The notes beneath the pieces are model-generated. The model had not been told where the DNA came from and ran no database searches. It was given only the letters and a program-made list of their open reading frames with translations. Below are positions 1 to 10,232 of a DNA stretch of 64,000 nucleotides, piece after piece. The first letter of the stretch is position 1; the number at the start of each line of letters is the position of its first letter. The stretch is from assembly GCA_963530345.1 (NCBI GenBank), contig CAUSBR010000001.1, positions 104,053-168,052 of the forward strand. Reading direction: 5' to 3'. The stretch is from an uncultured Candidatus Saccharibacteria bacterium. GTDB lineage: Bacteria > Patescibacteriota > Saccharimonadia > Saccharimonadales > Saccharimonadaceae. The position numbers were made by a program, and so were the translations under genes.

Positions 1-570
1 GCGATTACCAAGGTTGATAGCGGCGAGATTGATTTCGACGGACGGCGGATTGATAAACTGAATGATGATCAGCGCAGTATATTGCGGCGCACCAGCTTTG
101 GCTTTGTCTTTCAGTTTGGACAGTTGGTGCCAGAGCTGACAGCGCTGGATAATGTGGCGCTGCCGCTACTGCTTAACGGTGTCAAGCGTAAAGAAGCCTA
201 TTACAAGGCGAAAACATGGCTGAATAAGGTTGAGCTGGCGAGTAAAGCTGACAGCATGCTTGGCGAGTTGTCGGGCGGGCAAATGCAGCGGGTGGCGATT
301 GCCCGGGCCATGGTGATTGAGCCGAAAGTACTATTTGCTGATGAGCCGACTGGCTCGCTGGACAGTCTGAATTCAGAGAGAGTTATGGAACTATTCATTA
401 AAACTGCCAAAGAGCACGGCACAACAGTCATCATGGTGACGCACGAGCCGACTATTGCTGCCTATGCTGATCGGGAAATTATTGTCCGCGACGGGCAAAT
501 TTCTGGTGTTGATACAGCGGTAAATACATCAATCAAACTCGGTAAAGCTAATGCGGGGGCTGTCAAATGA
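1..570 (+). CDS. ABC transporter ATP-binding protein, LolD/MacB family (5' truncated by the window edge)
   Basis: Frame is open from base 1 (AITKVDSGEI...); LSGGQ signature, FADEPTGSLD Walker B, VTH switch. Confidence 0.9.
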   Translation, partial: AITKVDSGEIDFDGRRIDKLNDDQRSILRRTSFGFVFQFGQLVPELTALDNVALPLLLNGVKRKEAYYKAKTWLNKVELASKADSMLGELSGGQMQRVAIARAMVIEPKVLFADEPTGSLDSLNSERVMELFIKTAKEHGTTVIMVTHEPTIAAYADREIIVRDGQISGVDTAVNTSIKLGKANAGAVK

Positions 571-2792
571 GTGTCAGTTGGATGTTATTAAAAAAATCTG
601 GCCGCCAGTCATTCGCGCGTCTGGGCTTGACTACGGCGGCGGTGGCGTTGGGAATCGTACTGGTGTGCTACTTTACGGCTGGTGTCAACGGTCTAATGGG
701 GCGTGTTAACGGATTAGCAATTAATACGGCGGCGTATCAGGCAGCCCGCGGTGTAGCCGAACAAAAACCGATTGCTGGTGTCGAGCCGCTGAAAGTTGGC
801 GGTACCCGGCGCGGTGATGCGTCGAAGTGGCGCGGTCAATATATCCAGTCTTATTCAATGTATGGTACGGCTAAATCACCGCAGTTTGCCAAACTGAAAA
901 CTCCGCGTCCTGGCGAATATTATTTGTCAAAAGCGTTGGCTGATGCGGTTGCTGAATACCCAGAGGATAATATCTTGGCGCGTTTTGGTAAAAATACCAA
1001 ATACCTCGGCGTAATTCCTAGCGACTATGTCGCCAGTCCGGATGCGCTGATGATAGTGCGTGGTGCTAGCGCTGAGGAAGTGGCCGAGAGCGATGCTTTT
1101 ACCAAATCTCAGGGGCAGCCATCATACTTTGCTGATGTTTATCGGACGGACGCTAACGGATTAAAATCGGATGCTAAAATAGACCCAGTTGCTGTCATTG
1201 TATTTGGCGTCGGCGGGACGATTCTGCTGTTTCCGATTGTCATTTTCGTGTCAGTAGCAACGCAGCTGGGCGCTGCGCAACGCGAGAAACGCTATGCTGC
1301 TTTGCGGCTGATCGGCGCGACTAAGCGGCAGGTGGGACGGGTGTTGATGCTGGAGTCGCTGTTGGCGTCGGTGGTTGGCGTGATCATCGGGCTGGGTGCG
1401 TTTTGGTTGCTGCAAGCGCCGCTGCAGGATTTCAAGATGGACGGCATGCGGTTTAATCCTAGTGATCTGGCGTTAACTGGCACGCAATACGCGCTGATTA
1501 TCGGTTTGACGCTGGGGCTAACGATGTTTGTCAACTGGCGGCGGATGCGTCGGGCGCAGATTTCGCCGCTGGGCGTGTCGCGTTCGGTTGAAAAGGTCAA
1601 GAAACTGCGCGCGTGGCGGGCGCTGGTGCCAGCACTTGGTATCGCGTTCTTTGCGTGGCTGTCGTCGAAGCCGGGACGGGATTGGCTGGATGCCAACAAA
1701 GAATCGGCTATACCGATGCTGTTATTGACTACGGCACTGCTACTGGTGATGTTTGGGCTGATTTTGGCTGGCGGCTGGCTGACCAATAAGCTGTCGCTGC
1801 TGGCAGCGCGCTGGGCTAATAACGGCTCAATGCTGATTGCTGGTAAGCGTACGGCGGTACATTCGCGAACGGTTTTTCGCAGTGTTAGCGGCGTGGTGCT
1901 GGCGCTGTTTGCGGGCAGCTTTTACTTGACGGCGACCAGTGGCATTGAAGGCTTAAATGCTCAGGCTGTCAAAGATAACGGTTTTTCACAATTAAAGCGC
2001 GGCACGGCAATTGTCATTGGCCGGTCGCTGCCAGGTGATATGGCGGAGCAGCTGCAGCAAAAATCTTACATCACGTCGGTGGCGACGATCTATCCGCGCG
2101 AGGACGGCGATGCAATTCGTTGTCAGGATTTGGCGAAGTATACAGAGCATACTTGTCTGAATAACGCCCGGCCCGACCAATTTGCGCTGCTTAATTTTGA
2201 TAAGCCGGTGGTCAAAAATGTATCGCTGATTAACGATAAGGTTGATACGAACGGCGTCAAAGAATATTTGGTGACATTGAAGTCAGACAATGATATCGAG
2301 AAATTGCGTACCTTAGTGACGGCGAAAGCCAATCAGTACGATTTGACGTATGCCGTGAGCGGCACTGACTCTAAAAAGCCGCATATCAATCCAACGATTC
2401 GCGAGTTTGCTGACTTGGCCTATGTCGGTATCGGCGTAACGCTTTTCGTGGCGGTGGCAAGCTTGATCGTCTCGACGATTGGCGGGCTGATGGAACGCCG
2501 CCGTTCGCTGTATACGCTGCGGCTGAGCGGTATGCGCCTTGCTCAATTGAAGCGCTTGGTGATGGTTGAGTCGGTGGCACCGCTGCTCACCACCTCAATT
2601 CTGTCATGCGGTTTTGGCGTGTGGACGGGTGCAGTATTTACCAGCACATTCTCGACGACGCTGAAGCCGGTGTTGACGCCAACTTACTTCGCCATCGTTG
2701 GTATCGGTCTGGTGACAGCCATCATCGGTATTTACTTGATCCTGCCGATGGTCGACAAGTTAACGCGGGCAGAGGCTAACCAGACCGAGTAG
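567..2792 (+). CDS. FtsX-like ABC permease with two FtsX domains
   Basis: Multiple TM segments; R..RYAALRLIGAT and ERRRSLYTLRLSG FtsX motifs; overlaps the ATPase stop. Confidence 0.85.
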   Translation: MSVSWMLLKKSGRQSFARLGLTTAAVALGIVLVCYFTAGVNGLMGRVNGLAINTAAYQAARGVAEQKPIAGVEPLKVGGTRRGDASKWRGQYIQSYSMYGTAKSPQFAKLKTPRPGEYYLSKALADAVAEYPEDNILARFGKNTKYLGVIPSDYVASPDALMIVRGASAEEVAESDAFTKSQGQPSYFADVYRTDANGLKSDAKIDPVAVIVFGVGGTILLFPIVIFVSVATQLGAAQREKRYAALRLIGATKRQVGRVLMLESLLASVVGVIIGLGAFWLLQAPLQDFKMDGMRFNPSDLALTGTQYALIIGLTLGLTMFVNWRRMRRAQISPLGVSRSVEKVKKLRAWRALVPALGIAFFAWLSSKPGRDWLDANKESAIPMLLLTTALLLVMFGLILAGGWLTNKLSLLAARWANNGSMLIAGKRTAVHSRTVFRSVSGVVLALFAGSFYLTATSGIEGLNAQAVKDNGFSQLKRGTAIVIGRSLPGDMAEQLQQKSYITSVATIYPREDGDAIRCQDLAKYTEHTCLNNARPDQFALLNFDKPVVKNVSLINDKVDTNGVKEYLVTLKSDNDIEKLRTLVTAKANQYDLTYAVSGTDSKKPHINPTIREFADLAYVGIGVTLFVAVASLIVSTIGGLMERRRSLYTLRLSGMRLAQLKRLVMVESVAPLLTTSILSCGFGVWTGAVFTSTFSTTLKPVLTPTYFAIVGIGLVTAIIGIYLILPMVDKLTRAEANQTE

Positions 2793-2824
2793 TGTGTTTG
2801 TATCGGCCCGAGGATAATCTATCG

Positions 2825-2858
2825 AAAAGCGTTCCAGTTGGCGACTGGGACGCTTTTT
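2825..2858 (+). terminator. Rho-independent terminator
   Basis: AAAAGCGTTCCAGT-loop-ACTGGGACGCTTTTT hairpin with a T tail after the permease. Confidence 0.8.
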
Positions 2859-2916
2859 CTTATAAAATTCGATAAAACTCTTACGCTTTTAGTTTGATGC
2901 GCGTATACTATAAGTT

Positions 2917-3711
2917 ATGAAGAGGGCAAAAGCACTGCGAAAAATGGCGACTTGCCTGTTTGTAGCGGCCTTTTTAGCGATGATTAGCTGGATGCTGTAT
3001 GATATACTGCAGCGCGACAGCAGCATCTCCAACGACACCGACGTGCTGGTCATGGGTACAAACGCGACATTTAAACCTTTTGAGTATAAAGATGGCGGCC
3101 AGGTGGTTGGCTTTGATGTCGAATTGGCGCAAGCTATTGCCAAAGACATGGGCAAAGAGCTAAAAATCGAGGATATGTCGTTTGATGGCTTGTTGCCGGC
3201 GCTTGAGAGCGGGCAAATCGATATGGCGGTGGCCGGTATGTCGGTGACTTCGGAGCGTGAGAAAAACGCGCTGTTTTCGGATCCTTACTACCAGGCGTCG
3301 CAGCGAATAATTGTACCCAAAAATAGCAAGATAGCCAATAAGTATCAATTAGAACACAAAAAAATTGCTGTGCAGCTCGGTACGACGGGCGACCAGGCAG
3401 CTTCTAAAATTAAGGGAGCGCAAGTCGTGCAATTCCCGGCAGCGCCGAATGCTTTGCAAGAATTAGCGGCTGGCAAAGTTGACGCAGCGGTGATTGATGA
3501 TGCGCCGGCTAAGCAGTACGTCTCTGGGTTTCCTTCGCTCAAAATTATCAACACGCCGCTGAGTAGTGAAAGCTACGCGATCGCTTTCAAAAAAGGCAAT
3601 ACCGAACTGGCCGAGCATGCCAACAAAACGATTGCCAATATGAAAGCCGACGGTCGTTACCAAGCGTTGTTGCAGAAATACTTTGGCACGGCGAAGGAGC
3701 AGGCACCATGA
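2917..3711 (+). CDS. Basic/polar amino-acid ABC transporter substrate-binding protein (SBP family 3), membrane anchored
   Basis: GTNATFKPFEY, GFDVELA, FDGLLPALESGQIDM motifs; N-terminal TM. Confidence 0.9.
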   Translation: MKRAKALRKMATCLFVAAFLAMISWMLYDILQRDSSISNDTDVLVMGTNATFKPFEYKDGGQVVGFDVELAQAIAKDMGKELKIEDMSFDGLLPALESGQIDMAVAGMSVTSEREKNALFSDPYYQASQRIIVPKNSKIANKYQLEHKKIAVQLGTTGDQAASKIKGAQVVQFPAAPNALQELAAGKVDAAVIDDAPAKQYVSGFPSLKIINTPLSSESYAIAFKKGNTELAEHANKTIANMKADGRYQALLQKYFGTAKEQAP

Positions 3712-4430
3712 ATTTTGGCGAAGTGATTTTTGGTGACGGGCGCTGGGTTTATCTATGGCACGGACTAGAAATAACATTGGTTTTGACAGTATTATCGGTG
3801 GCATTAGGTGTAATCATCGGCATAATTATCGCGTTGATGCGGGTGTCAAAAATCCGTCCGTTTAGTTGGCTAGGGCGCTTTCCGCAGCTGAAGCGTTTGG
3901 CTAGGTGGAATCCGGTAGCTGGTCTTGGACGTTTGTACGTTGAAATCATTCGTGGTACACCACTGTTGGTGCAGCTGCTTATTATGTATTATGTAGTATT
4001 TGGATCGTATCGTTTCATGCCGAAGATTTTCGTGGCGGCAATCGCCTTTGGTATCAATAGTGGCGCTTATGTGGCGGAAATCATTCGCGGCGGCATAGAG
4101 AGTATTGATAATGGACAGCTAGAAGCAGCGCGTTCGCTAGGTTTGAGCTATCCGCAGGCGATGCGCTATGTGATTTTGCCGCAAGCGATGAAAAATTCGC
4201 TGCCAGCGTTGATTAGCGAGTGCATTGCTATGCTTAAGGAAACGTCGGTAGTCGGCTGGATTGGCTTGGGTGATATTATGCGTGGCGCTGACGATATCCG
4301 CTCGTTGACAGCGACAGCATTCCAGTCGTTGTTTGCGGCGGCGGTTATGTATTTAGCGTTGACGGTTATCTTTACGAAAGTGATGCGGCGTTTCGAGAAG
4401 GGAGTGCAAGCTGATGATCAGGACGCGTAA
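3708..4430 (+). CDS. Amino-acid ABC transporter permease (HisM/GlnP family)
   Basis: [16 protein letters not shown] and EAARSLG (EAA loop). Confidence 0.92.
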   Translation: MNFGEVIFGDGRWVYLWHGLEITLVLTVLSVALGVIIGIIIALMRVSKIRPFSWLGRFPQLKRLARWNPVAGLGRLYVEIIRGTPLLVQLLIMYYVVFGSYRFMPKIFVAAIAFGINSGAYVAEIIRGGIESIDNGQLEAARSLGLSYPQAMRYVILPQAMKNSLPALISECIAMLKETSVVGWIGLGDIMRGADDIRSLTATAFQSLFAAAVMYLALTVIFTKVMRRFEKGVQADDQDA

Positions 4431-5136
4431 CTTGCGCAAATATTTTGGATCCAACCACGTGCTGCGCGGGATTGATTTGACGATCGAGGACGGTGAAGTA
4501 TTAGTGATTGTCGGGTCGAGTGGCTCCGGTAAATCGACGCTGCTAAGATGTTTGAATTTACTTGAAAAACCCACTTATGGATCGGTTTTTGTTGATGACG
4601 TTGACATCACTCAACCGCACGTTAATATTAATAAAATCCGCCAGCGTATCGGTATGGTGTTTCAGCAATTTAATCTATTCCCTAATATGACAGTACTAGA
4701 TAATATCAAATTAGCGCCTAAGAAACTACGCAAAGTATCGGATCGTAAAGCGAATCGGCGAGCCAAAGAGCTGCTTGAGCAGGTTGGTTTAGCTAACAAA
4801 GCCAACGAATATCCTCAGCATCTGTCGGGCGGCCAGCGGCAGCGAGTGGCTATCGCTCGAGCGCTCGCTATGGAGCCAGAAGTTATGTTGTTTGATGAGC
4901 CGACTAGCGCGCTTGACCCGGAAATGATTGGCGAGGTACTTGACGTGATGCGCGATTTGGCTAAGCAGGGCATGACCATGGTGATCGTCACGCATGAAAT
5001 GAGCTTTGCCCGTGAAGTTGGCACACGGATGATTTTCCTTGACAAAGGCGACATCATTGAAGACGGTCCGCCTAAACAAGTAATGGATCATCCAAAGACT
5101 GAGCGAGCGCGCCAGTTCTTTGATGCTGATAAATAG
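4414..5136 (+). CDS. Amino-acid ABC transporter ATP-binding protein (GlnQ family)
   Basis: [37 protein letters not shown]. Confidence 0.93.
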   Translation: MIRTRNLRKYFGSNHVLRGIDLTIEDGEVLVIVGSSGSGKSTLLRCLNLLEKPTYGSVFVDDVDITQPHVNINKIRQRIGMVFQQFNLFPNMTVLDNIKLAPKKLRKVSDRKANRRAKELLEQVGLANKANEYPQHLSGGQRQRVAIARALAMEPEVMLFDEPTSALDPEMIGEVLDVMRDLAKQGMTMVIVTHEMSFAREVGTRMIFLDKGDIIEDGPPKQVMDHPKTERARQFFDADK

Positions 5137-5305
5137 CATAAGGTTAACAATACATGCTAAAATAAAATAACTATGGCTAGCCTTTCTTTGCGCTGGCATA
5201 CCGTGCATTGTGGCTGGTTTGATGTGTTTTGCTAAGAGTGAGATGTAATTGTTTAAGCTTTGAGTCGATAATTTCCTCTGATATAGTCATTAATCAGAGG
5301 AGAGA

Positions 5306-5746
5306 GTGGTTAGTAAGCGAGAAAAATCAGATAAGGATAGTCAGGCGCCGCCGGTTAAAAAGCGTACTAGTGTTAAATCTGCATCAAAGAATCGTGAAAA
5401 ATTACATGATGATTTGGCAAATAAGAAGTCTGGCGGCAAGCTAGATCCTGGTCTGTATTGTTTCACGGCCATCGCTCAGTTTCATGGTATTCCTGCTGAC
5501 CCAGAGCAGATTGCTCGCGCCTTAGCGATTGATCCGCGTGTAGGTATGAGTGAAGCGGATATGCTATGGGCGGCGCGTTCGCTCAAATTGAAGGCGCGGG
5601 CGTCTACGGTTAATTTTAAGCAATTAGCGAAGTTGCCATTGCCGCTGATCGTTGGTATGAAGGATGAAAAGTTTGCGGTGTTGGCGCAAATTGTTGCGGT
5701 GGCTTTTATGCTCCATGATCGTATTATAGTGCAGGTATGTCTGTAA
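5306..5746 (+). pseudogene. Truncated type I secretion ABC transporter (HlyB-like): only the N-terminal C39-like domain remains
   Basis: LYCF..IAQFHGIPADPEQI...AARSLKLKA...LAKLPLPLI matches the HlyB C39-like domain; ends before any TM or ATPase domain. Confidence 0.7.
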
Positions 5747-5807
5747 TAACTCGTTGTATTGCGCTCATTCTTAAGATAAAATGATAAGCAATAGGGGGCT
5801 GTACTGT

Positions 5808-6632
5808 ATGGCGAAGAGTAAAAGCAAAAGAGCGAGCAAGTCGCGCGTAAATAATAAAAAAGCCTGGCAGGTTATTTTAATTATTCTGTCGTCAATAGTC
5901 GTAGTAATGACGGCAGTGTACATTGTAGGCGGAATTATAGTAGATAGAGAAATTAATAAACGTTCGGTTAGTGATAAGACAGAGCAAGCCAATATTGCTA
6001 ATTATCTAAAAAACAAATACAACCAAGATTTTGAGGTGGAAAAACCCAGCTGCAACGGCGGTGGCCTTGGGGTCTCTTGTGTATGGTCTACTGATGCTTA
6101 TCCTAAATCAGATAAAAGTATAAAGATACATATTTCTCGGGTGGATAACCAGACGAAGTACAGCGACGACTATGTAGTAAGAACTTGGCAAAAAGAACAA
6201 ACTGCCAAAATTCAGCCCAAAGTCAGAGAAATATTTAAAGACATGCCCGTTGACGTCAAAGTTAGATTAGGCGTAATAGATCCAGACGTAGAACGCACCT
6301 TCACTCTGAAAAAGCCAACTTTTGAGGAGGTATTTTTGGCTGAAAATAAAGTTGGGCAGCGTGGCAATTTAGCTTATGGATTATATTTTAAATATAATGG
6401 CGATATTAAGGAGGCTAATCGGTTTGCGAACAGTATTTACGAAATGACAGATTATATAAAAAATATGGGCGTTAGTCTTAAAGATATATCTGTGAACATA
6501 TATCTATCAAAAGGAGGTAAGCTTGTTTCAAAAGGATATTGTAATAGTAATAAACTAGCATCAATTGATGAACTAAAAAGTTGTATTGATGCAACAAAAA
6601 ATACGCCCGTGGAGGAGGGTGATAGATGGTAA
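5808..6632 (+). CDS. Membrane-anchored hypothetical protein, candidate immunity protein
   Basis: Basic N-terminus plus TM, YLKNKYNQDFEV motif, AT-rich, overlaps the lipase start; ATG 5808 preferred over 5781. Confidence 0.6.
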   Translation: MAKSKSKRASKSRVNNKKAWQVILIILSSIVVVMTAVYIVGGIIVDREINKRSVSDKTEQANIANYLKNKYNQDFEVEKPSCNGGGLGVSCVWSTDAYPKSDKSIKIHISRVDNQTKYSDDYVVRTWQKEQTAKIQPKVREIFKDMPVDVKVRLGVIDPDVERTFTLKKPTFEEVFLAENKVGQRGNLAYGLYFKYNGDIKEANRFANSIYEMTDYIKNMGVSLKDISVNIYLSKGGKLVSKGYCNSNKLASIDELKSCIDATKNTPVEEGDRW

Positions 6633-7735
6633 GAACGATTGATTACTTAAATTTGTCAGCATTAGCTTATGTTGACTTCAAAAAATCTGATGCCGGATTA
6701 ACTCTGGATGAGATTGTTAAAGACGAGCAAAAGAATAAACCGCGCAAAAGTTTTAACCTATCAGATCATCAGCTCTCCGCTCTCCGAGACTCTTCTAACC
6801 CCCTCCGCTCCTTTGTGCTTCTTTCGCAATCTCCACTTACATATACTCGCACAGTTAAAGATCGTAATGGTGTTAGAACTATTACGGTAGAAAATGAGTT
6901 TTCTTGCATTGCTCTACAGAACCCAGAAACCAAAGAAATTATATTCGCTTTTCGTGGTACTAACAATTTTGGAGATTGGGACACTGATGGGCTTATTGGC
7001 TCTAGAGTATTTCCAGCAGACTGGATGGGGCAATTTGCTGCTGCTAGAAAGTTTGTTTTTCAAACTCTCAATCAATATGGCCCTATTTGTTATAACGATC
7101 AGAAGGCGATGTTTAAGGCTATTGGTCAAGGTAGTAATGTTAGCTTCACTGGGCACTCTCTCGGCGGTGCGTTGGCTCAATATATGACATATAAGACCGC
7201 CAAATTGGACAAAGGTGACGCTGGTATAAAGTCTGTAACTTTTGATGCTGTTGGTATTGGCGATAATGTTGGCGTATCATCTATAGATGCTGGCAAGTAC
7301 AACTCTACAGATCATGTCAATTCTCTTGACTGGGTCGGTACATATGGATTGCAACTCGGTAAAACTGTTACTCATATAGACAACTCCGAAGTAGATTATC
7401 TATCGGATGCGTCTGGATTAGCAGATGAAGTGCATCTTGGTTATGACTCGCTAGATATTATATTTGAGCGTACTGGCAGTAACCTCCGCCTCCGCATGCC
7501 AGGCTCGCTTGACGCTATTACGGTTAGTTCGTGGTATGGCAGCGATAATTACAAAATTGAGACTTTCAAGTCGGCTAACGGCAGTGTTATCACGCATACT
7601 CAGGTCGATAGTCTCATTCAAGCTATGTCTTCTTTCCAAAAAGACACTGGTATGACTTGGGAGCAAGCTGTAATAAATCAGCCAACGCAGGTGCAGTCTA
7701 TCATCCAGCAATATTGGACAGCGCCGACTACTTGA
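6626..7735 (+). CDS. Lipase class 3/DUF2974-type hydrolase domain fused to an RTX-type C-terminal secretion region
   Basis: FAFRGT and FTGHSLGGALA lipase motifs; C-terminal ITVSSWYGSDNYKIETF...VDSLIQAMSSF typical of RTX C-termini. Confidence 0.75.
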   Translation: MVRTIDYLNLSALAYVDFKKSDAGLTLDEIVKDEQKNKPRKSFNLSDHQLSALRDSSNPLRSFVLLSQSPLTYTRTVKDRNGVRTITVENEFSCIALQNPETKEIIFAFRGTNNFGDWDTDGLIGSRVFPADWMGQFAAARKFVFQTLNQYGPICYNDQKAMFKAIGQGSNVSFTGHSLGGALAQYMTYKTAKLDKGDAGIKSVTFDAVGIGDNVGVSSIDAGKYNSTDHVNSLDWVGTYGLQLGKTVTHIDNSEVDYLSDASGLADEVHLGYDSLDIIFERTGSNLRLRMPGSLDAITVSSWYGSDNYKIETFKSANGSVITHTQVDSLIQAMSSFQKDTGMTWEQAVINQPTQVQSIIQQYWTAPTT

Positions 7736-7752
7736 TTTAGCCGAGAAAAGGC

Positions 7753-7780
7753 TTGCATAAGCGTCATAAATCTATATAAT
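7753..7780 (+). promoter_or_regulatory. Sigma70-type promoter of the arc operon
   Basis: TTGCAT-16 nt-TATAAT, with GGAG just upstream of the GTG start. Confidence 0.6.
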
Positions 7781-7829
7781 GAAAACTATATAAGTAAATA
7801 AACAATAAATCATTTAGATCATAGCGGAG

Positions 7830-10205
7830 GTGGGCGTGAATCAAAAACCATTGCAAATCAATTCTGAAATCGGTGTACTAAAGACCGTACTGTTGCACCG
7901 GCCGGGCGAGGAGCTAGAGAATCTTACCCCTGATTATCTCAAGGACTTATTGTTCGACGATATTCCGCACCTGAAGGTGGCGCAAGAAGAGCATGATGAA
8001 TTTGCCAACGTTCTGCGCGACCATGGCGTCGAAGTGCTGTATTTGGACGAATTGGTAACAGAGGCATTAAACAGTGATAATCTGAAAGCAGAATTTGTCG
8101 ACGAAATGCTAGCAGCTTCCAAACAAGATTCGCGGCGAGTCACGCAAAGTTTGCGCGATTACCTATTATCGATGCCGACCAACAAGATGGTGCGCAAAAT
8201 TATGGCTGGCGTGCGCAAGGACGAGATTTCGCTGCCGCCAGAGCATCACCAGCAGCTGCACGATATGGTTGAGCAAGACCATTATCCATTTTACCTAGAT
8301 CCAATGCCGAATTTGTACTTTACACGCGATCCAGCCGCGACTATTGGCAACGGCTTGACGATTAACAAGATGCACTGGCCAGCTCGCCGCCGCGAGTCGC
8401 TGTTCATGCGCTATATCATCGACCATCATCCGCGATTTGCTGGCCACGATATTCCAGTTTGGTATAATCGCGACGAGAAGTTCTCGATGGAGGGCGGCGA
8501 CGAGCTGGTGTTGAGCAGCGAAGCTATGGCGATCGGTATCAGCGAGCGCACTACCGCCGAGGCAATCGAGAAAATGGCAACTGAGTTGTTTGCTGATTCT
8601 AACTTCAAGAAAATTATCGCTCTCGAGATTCCGAAAAGCCACGCGTTTATGCACCTAGACACGGTCTTCACTATGATAGATTACGATAAGTTCACGATCC
8701 ACCCGGAGATTCGCGACTTTGAAGGCAAGATGAATCTGTTTATCCTCGAAAAAGTTGAAGGGCAAGCTTATCCGAAGATCACCAAGCAGCATGATCTTGA
8801 AAAAGCGTTGTGCGAAGCGCTGCATTTGCCAAAGATTAACCTGATTGAATGCGGCGGCGGCGATGAGATTGCGGCAGCTCGCGAGCAGTGGAATGACGGT
8901 TCGAATACTTTGGCGATTGCGCCGGGCGTGGTGGTGACTTACGATCGTAACTATGTCACCAATGCTAAATTGCGCGAAGCTGGCGTCGAGGTCATCGAGG
9001 TTAGCGGTTCAGAACTCGGCCGCGGCCGCGGCGGCCCGCGCTGTATGAGTATGCCGCTGGTGCGCGAAGATCTGGACAACGAGCAGGTTACTGATAGAGT
9101 TACTTCGGCGGAGCGTTCGCTGGCAGCCACCTTGGCGGTACCAATGATTCAAGAGGAGCACGTCCGCAAAGTGGTGCCAGTAACTACAGATTCGACTACT
9201 ACAACGGCAGCTAAGCTGCCAACCAGTCTGAAGGGTCGCTCTTTCTTGACCTTGAAAGACTTTTCACCGAGCGATATTCGGCTGATGCTTGATACAGCAC
9301 ACGATCTCAAACAGCAAAAGAAAGCGGGCAAAGCACACCGTATTCACGAGGGCAAACAAGTGGCTTTGCTCTTTGAAAAGACATCGACGCGAACTCGCTG
9401 CGCCTTTACGGTAGCTGCTAATGATTTGGGTGTGGCACCAGAATTTCTCGGTAAAGACGATATTCAGCTAGGTAAAAAAGAGTCAGTCGAAGATACCGCT
9501 AAGGTGCTGGGCCGCATGTTTGACGGTATTGAATTCCGCGGCTTTAAGCATTCCAACGTCGAAGCGTTAGCGAAATATGCTGGCGTGCCAGTCTGGAATG
9601 GTTTGACGGATACTTTCCACCCGACACAGATTTTGGCAGACTTTATGACTATTGAGGAGCATGTCGGCAAGCTCAACGGTGCTAAGCTGGTCTTCGTTGG
9701 CGACGGACGCAATAATATGGCAAATAGCTTGCTGATTGGTGCGGCCAAGATGGGCGTCGATTTCCGAATCCTAGCACCACGACAGCTGCATCCGTCGGGC
9801 GATCTAGTTAGCCTAGCACGTTCAATTGCTATGGAAACTGGCGCGAAGATTACCATCACTGATAACCGTGCCGAAGCGCTAGAAGGGGCTGACGCTATTT
9901 ACACTGATGTCTGGGTATCAATGGGCGAGGAAGACAAGTTCGCTGAGCGAATTGCCCTGCTCAAGCCGTACCAGGTCAATGCGCAAATGCTAGCCGAGAC
10001 GCATAACCCGAACGTCAAATTCTTGCATTGTTTGCCATCATTCCATGACCTTAATACCGAGACTGGCCAGAAGATTCACGATCAATTCGGTCTTGACTCG
10101 ATGGAGGTCACTGACGAGGTCTTTAGCGGCGAGCACAGCGTTGTCTTTGATGAGGCTGAAAACCGCATGCACACTATCAAGGCTGTGATGGCATTGACGC
10201 TATAA
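7830..10205 (+). CDS. arcA-arcB: Arginine deiminase-ornithine carbamoyltransferase fusion (ArcA-ArcB)
   Basis: ADI motifs ([32 protein letters not shown]), a ~51-aa linker, then OTC motifs (STRTR, HPTQ, HCLP, AENRMH) in one ORF. Confidence 0.95.
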   Translation: MGVNQKPLQINSEIGVLKTVLLHRPGEELENLTPDYLKDLLFDDIPHLKVAQEEHDEFANVLRDHGVEVLYLDELVTEALNSDNLKAEFVDEMLAASKQDSRRVTQSLRDYLLSMPTNKMVRKIMAGVRKDEISLPPEHHQQLHDMVEQDHYPFYLDPMPNLYFTRDPAATIGNGLTINKMHWPARRRESLFMRYIIDHHPRFAGHDIPVWYNRDEKFSMEGGDELVLSSEAMAIGISERTTAEAIEKMATELFADSNFKKIIALEIPKSHAFMHLDTVFTMIDYDKFTIHPEIRDFEGKMNLFILEKVEGQAYPKITKQHDLEKALCEALHLPKINLIECGGGDEIAAAREQWNDGSNTLAIAPGVVVTYDRNYVTNAKLREAGVEVIEVSGSELGRGRGGPRCMSMPLVREDLDNEQVTDRVTSAERSLAATLAVPMIQEEHVRKVVPVTTDSTTTTAAKLPTSLKGRSFLTLKDFSPSDIRLMLDTAHDLKQQKKAGKAHRIHEGKQVALLFEKTSTRTRCAFTVAANDLGVAPEFLGKDDIQLGKKESVEDTAKVLGRMFDGIEFRGFKHSNVEALAKYAGVPVWNGLTDTFHPTQILADFMTIEEHVGKLNGAKLVFVGDGRNNMANSLLIGAAKMGVDFRILAPRQLHPSGDLVSLARSIAMETGAKITITDNRAEALEGADAIYTDVWVSMGEEDKFAERIALLKPYQVNAQMLAETHNPNVKFLHCLPSFHDLNTETGQKIHDQFGLDSMEVTDEVFSGEHSVVFDEAENRMHTIKAVMALTL

Positions 10206-10232
10206 ATCCGAGTTGAAGGAGGCTCGAACAAA

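Noticed and set aside
5173..5235. 20-codon ORF MASLSLRWHTVHCGWFDVFC after a -10-like element
   Set aside because: Too short and unsupported; it may be a remnant at the island junction
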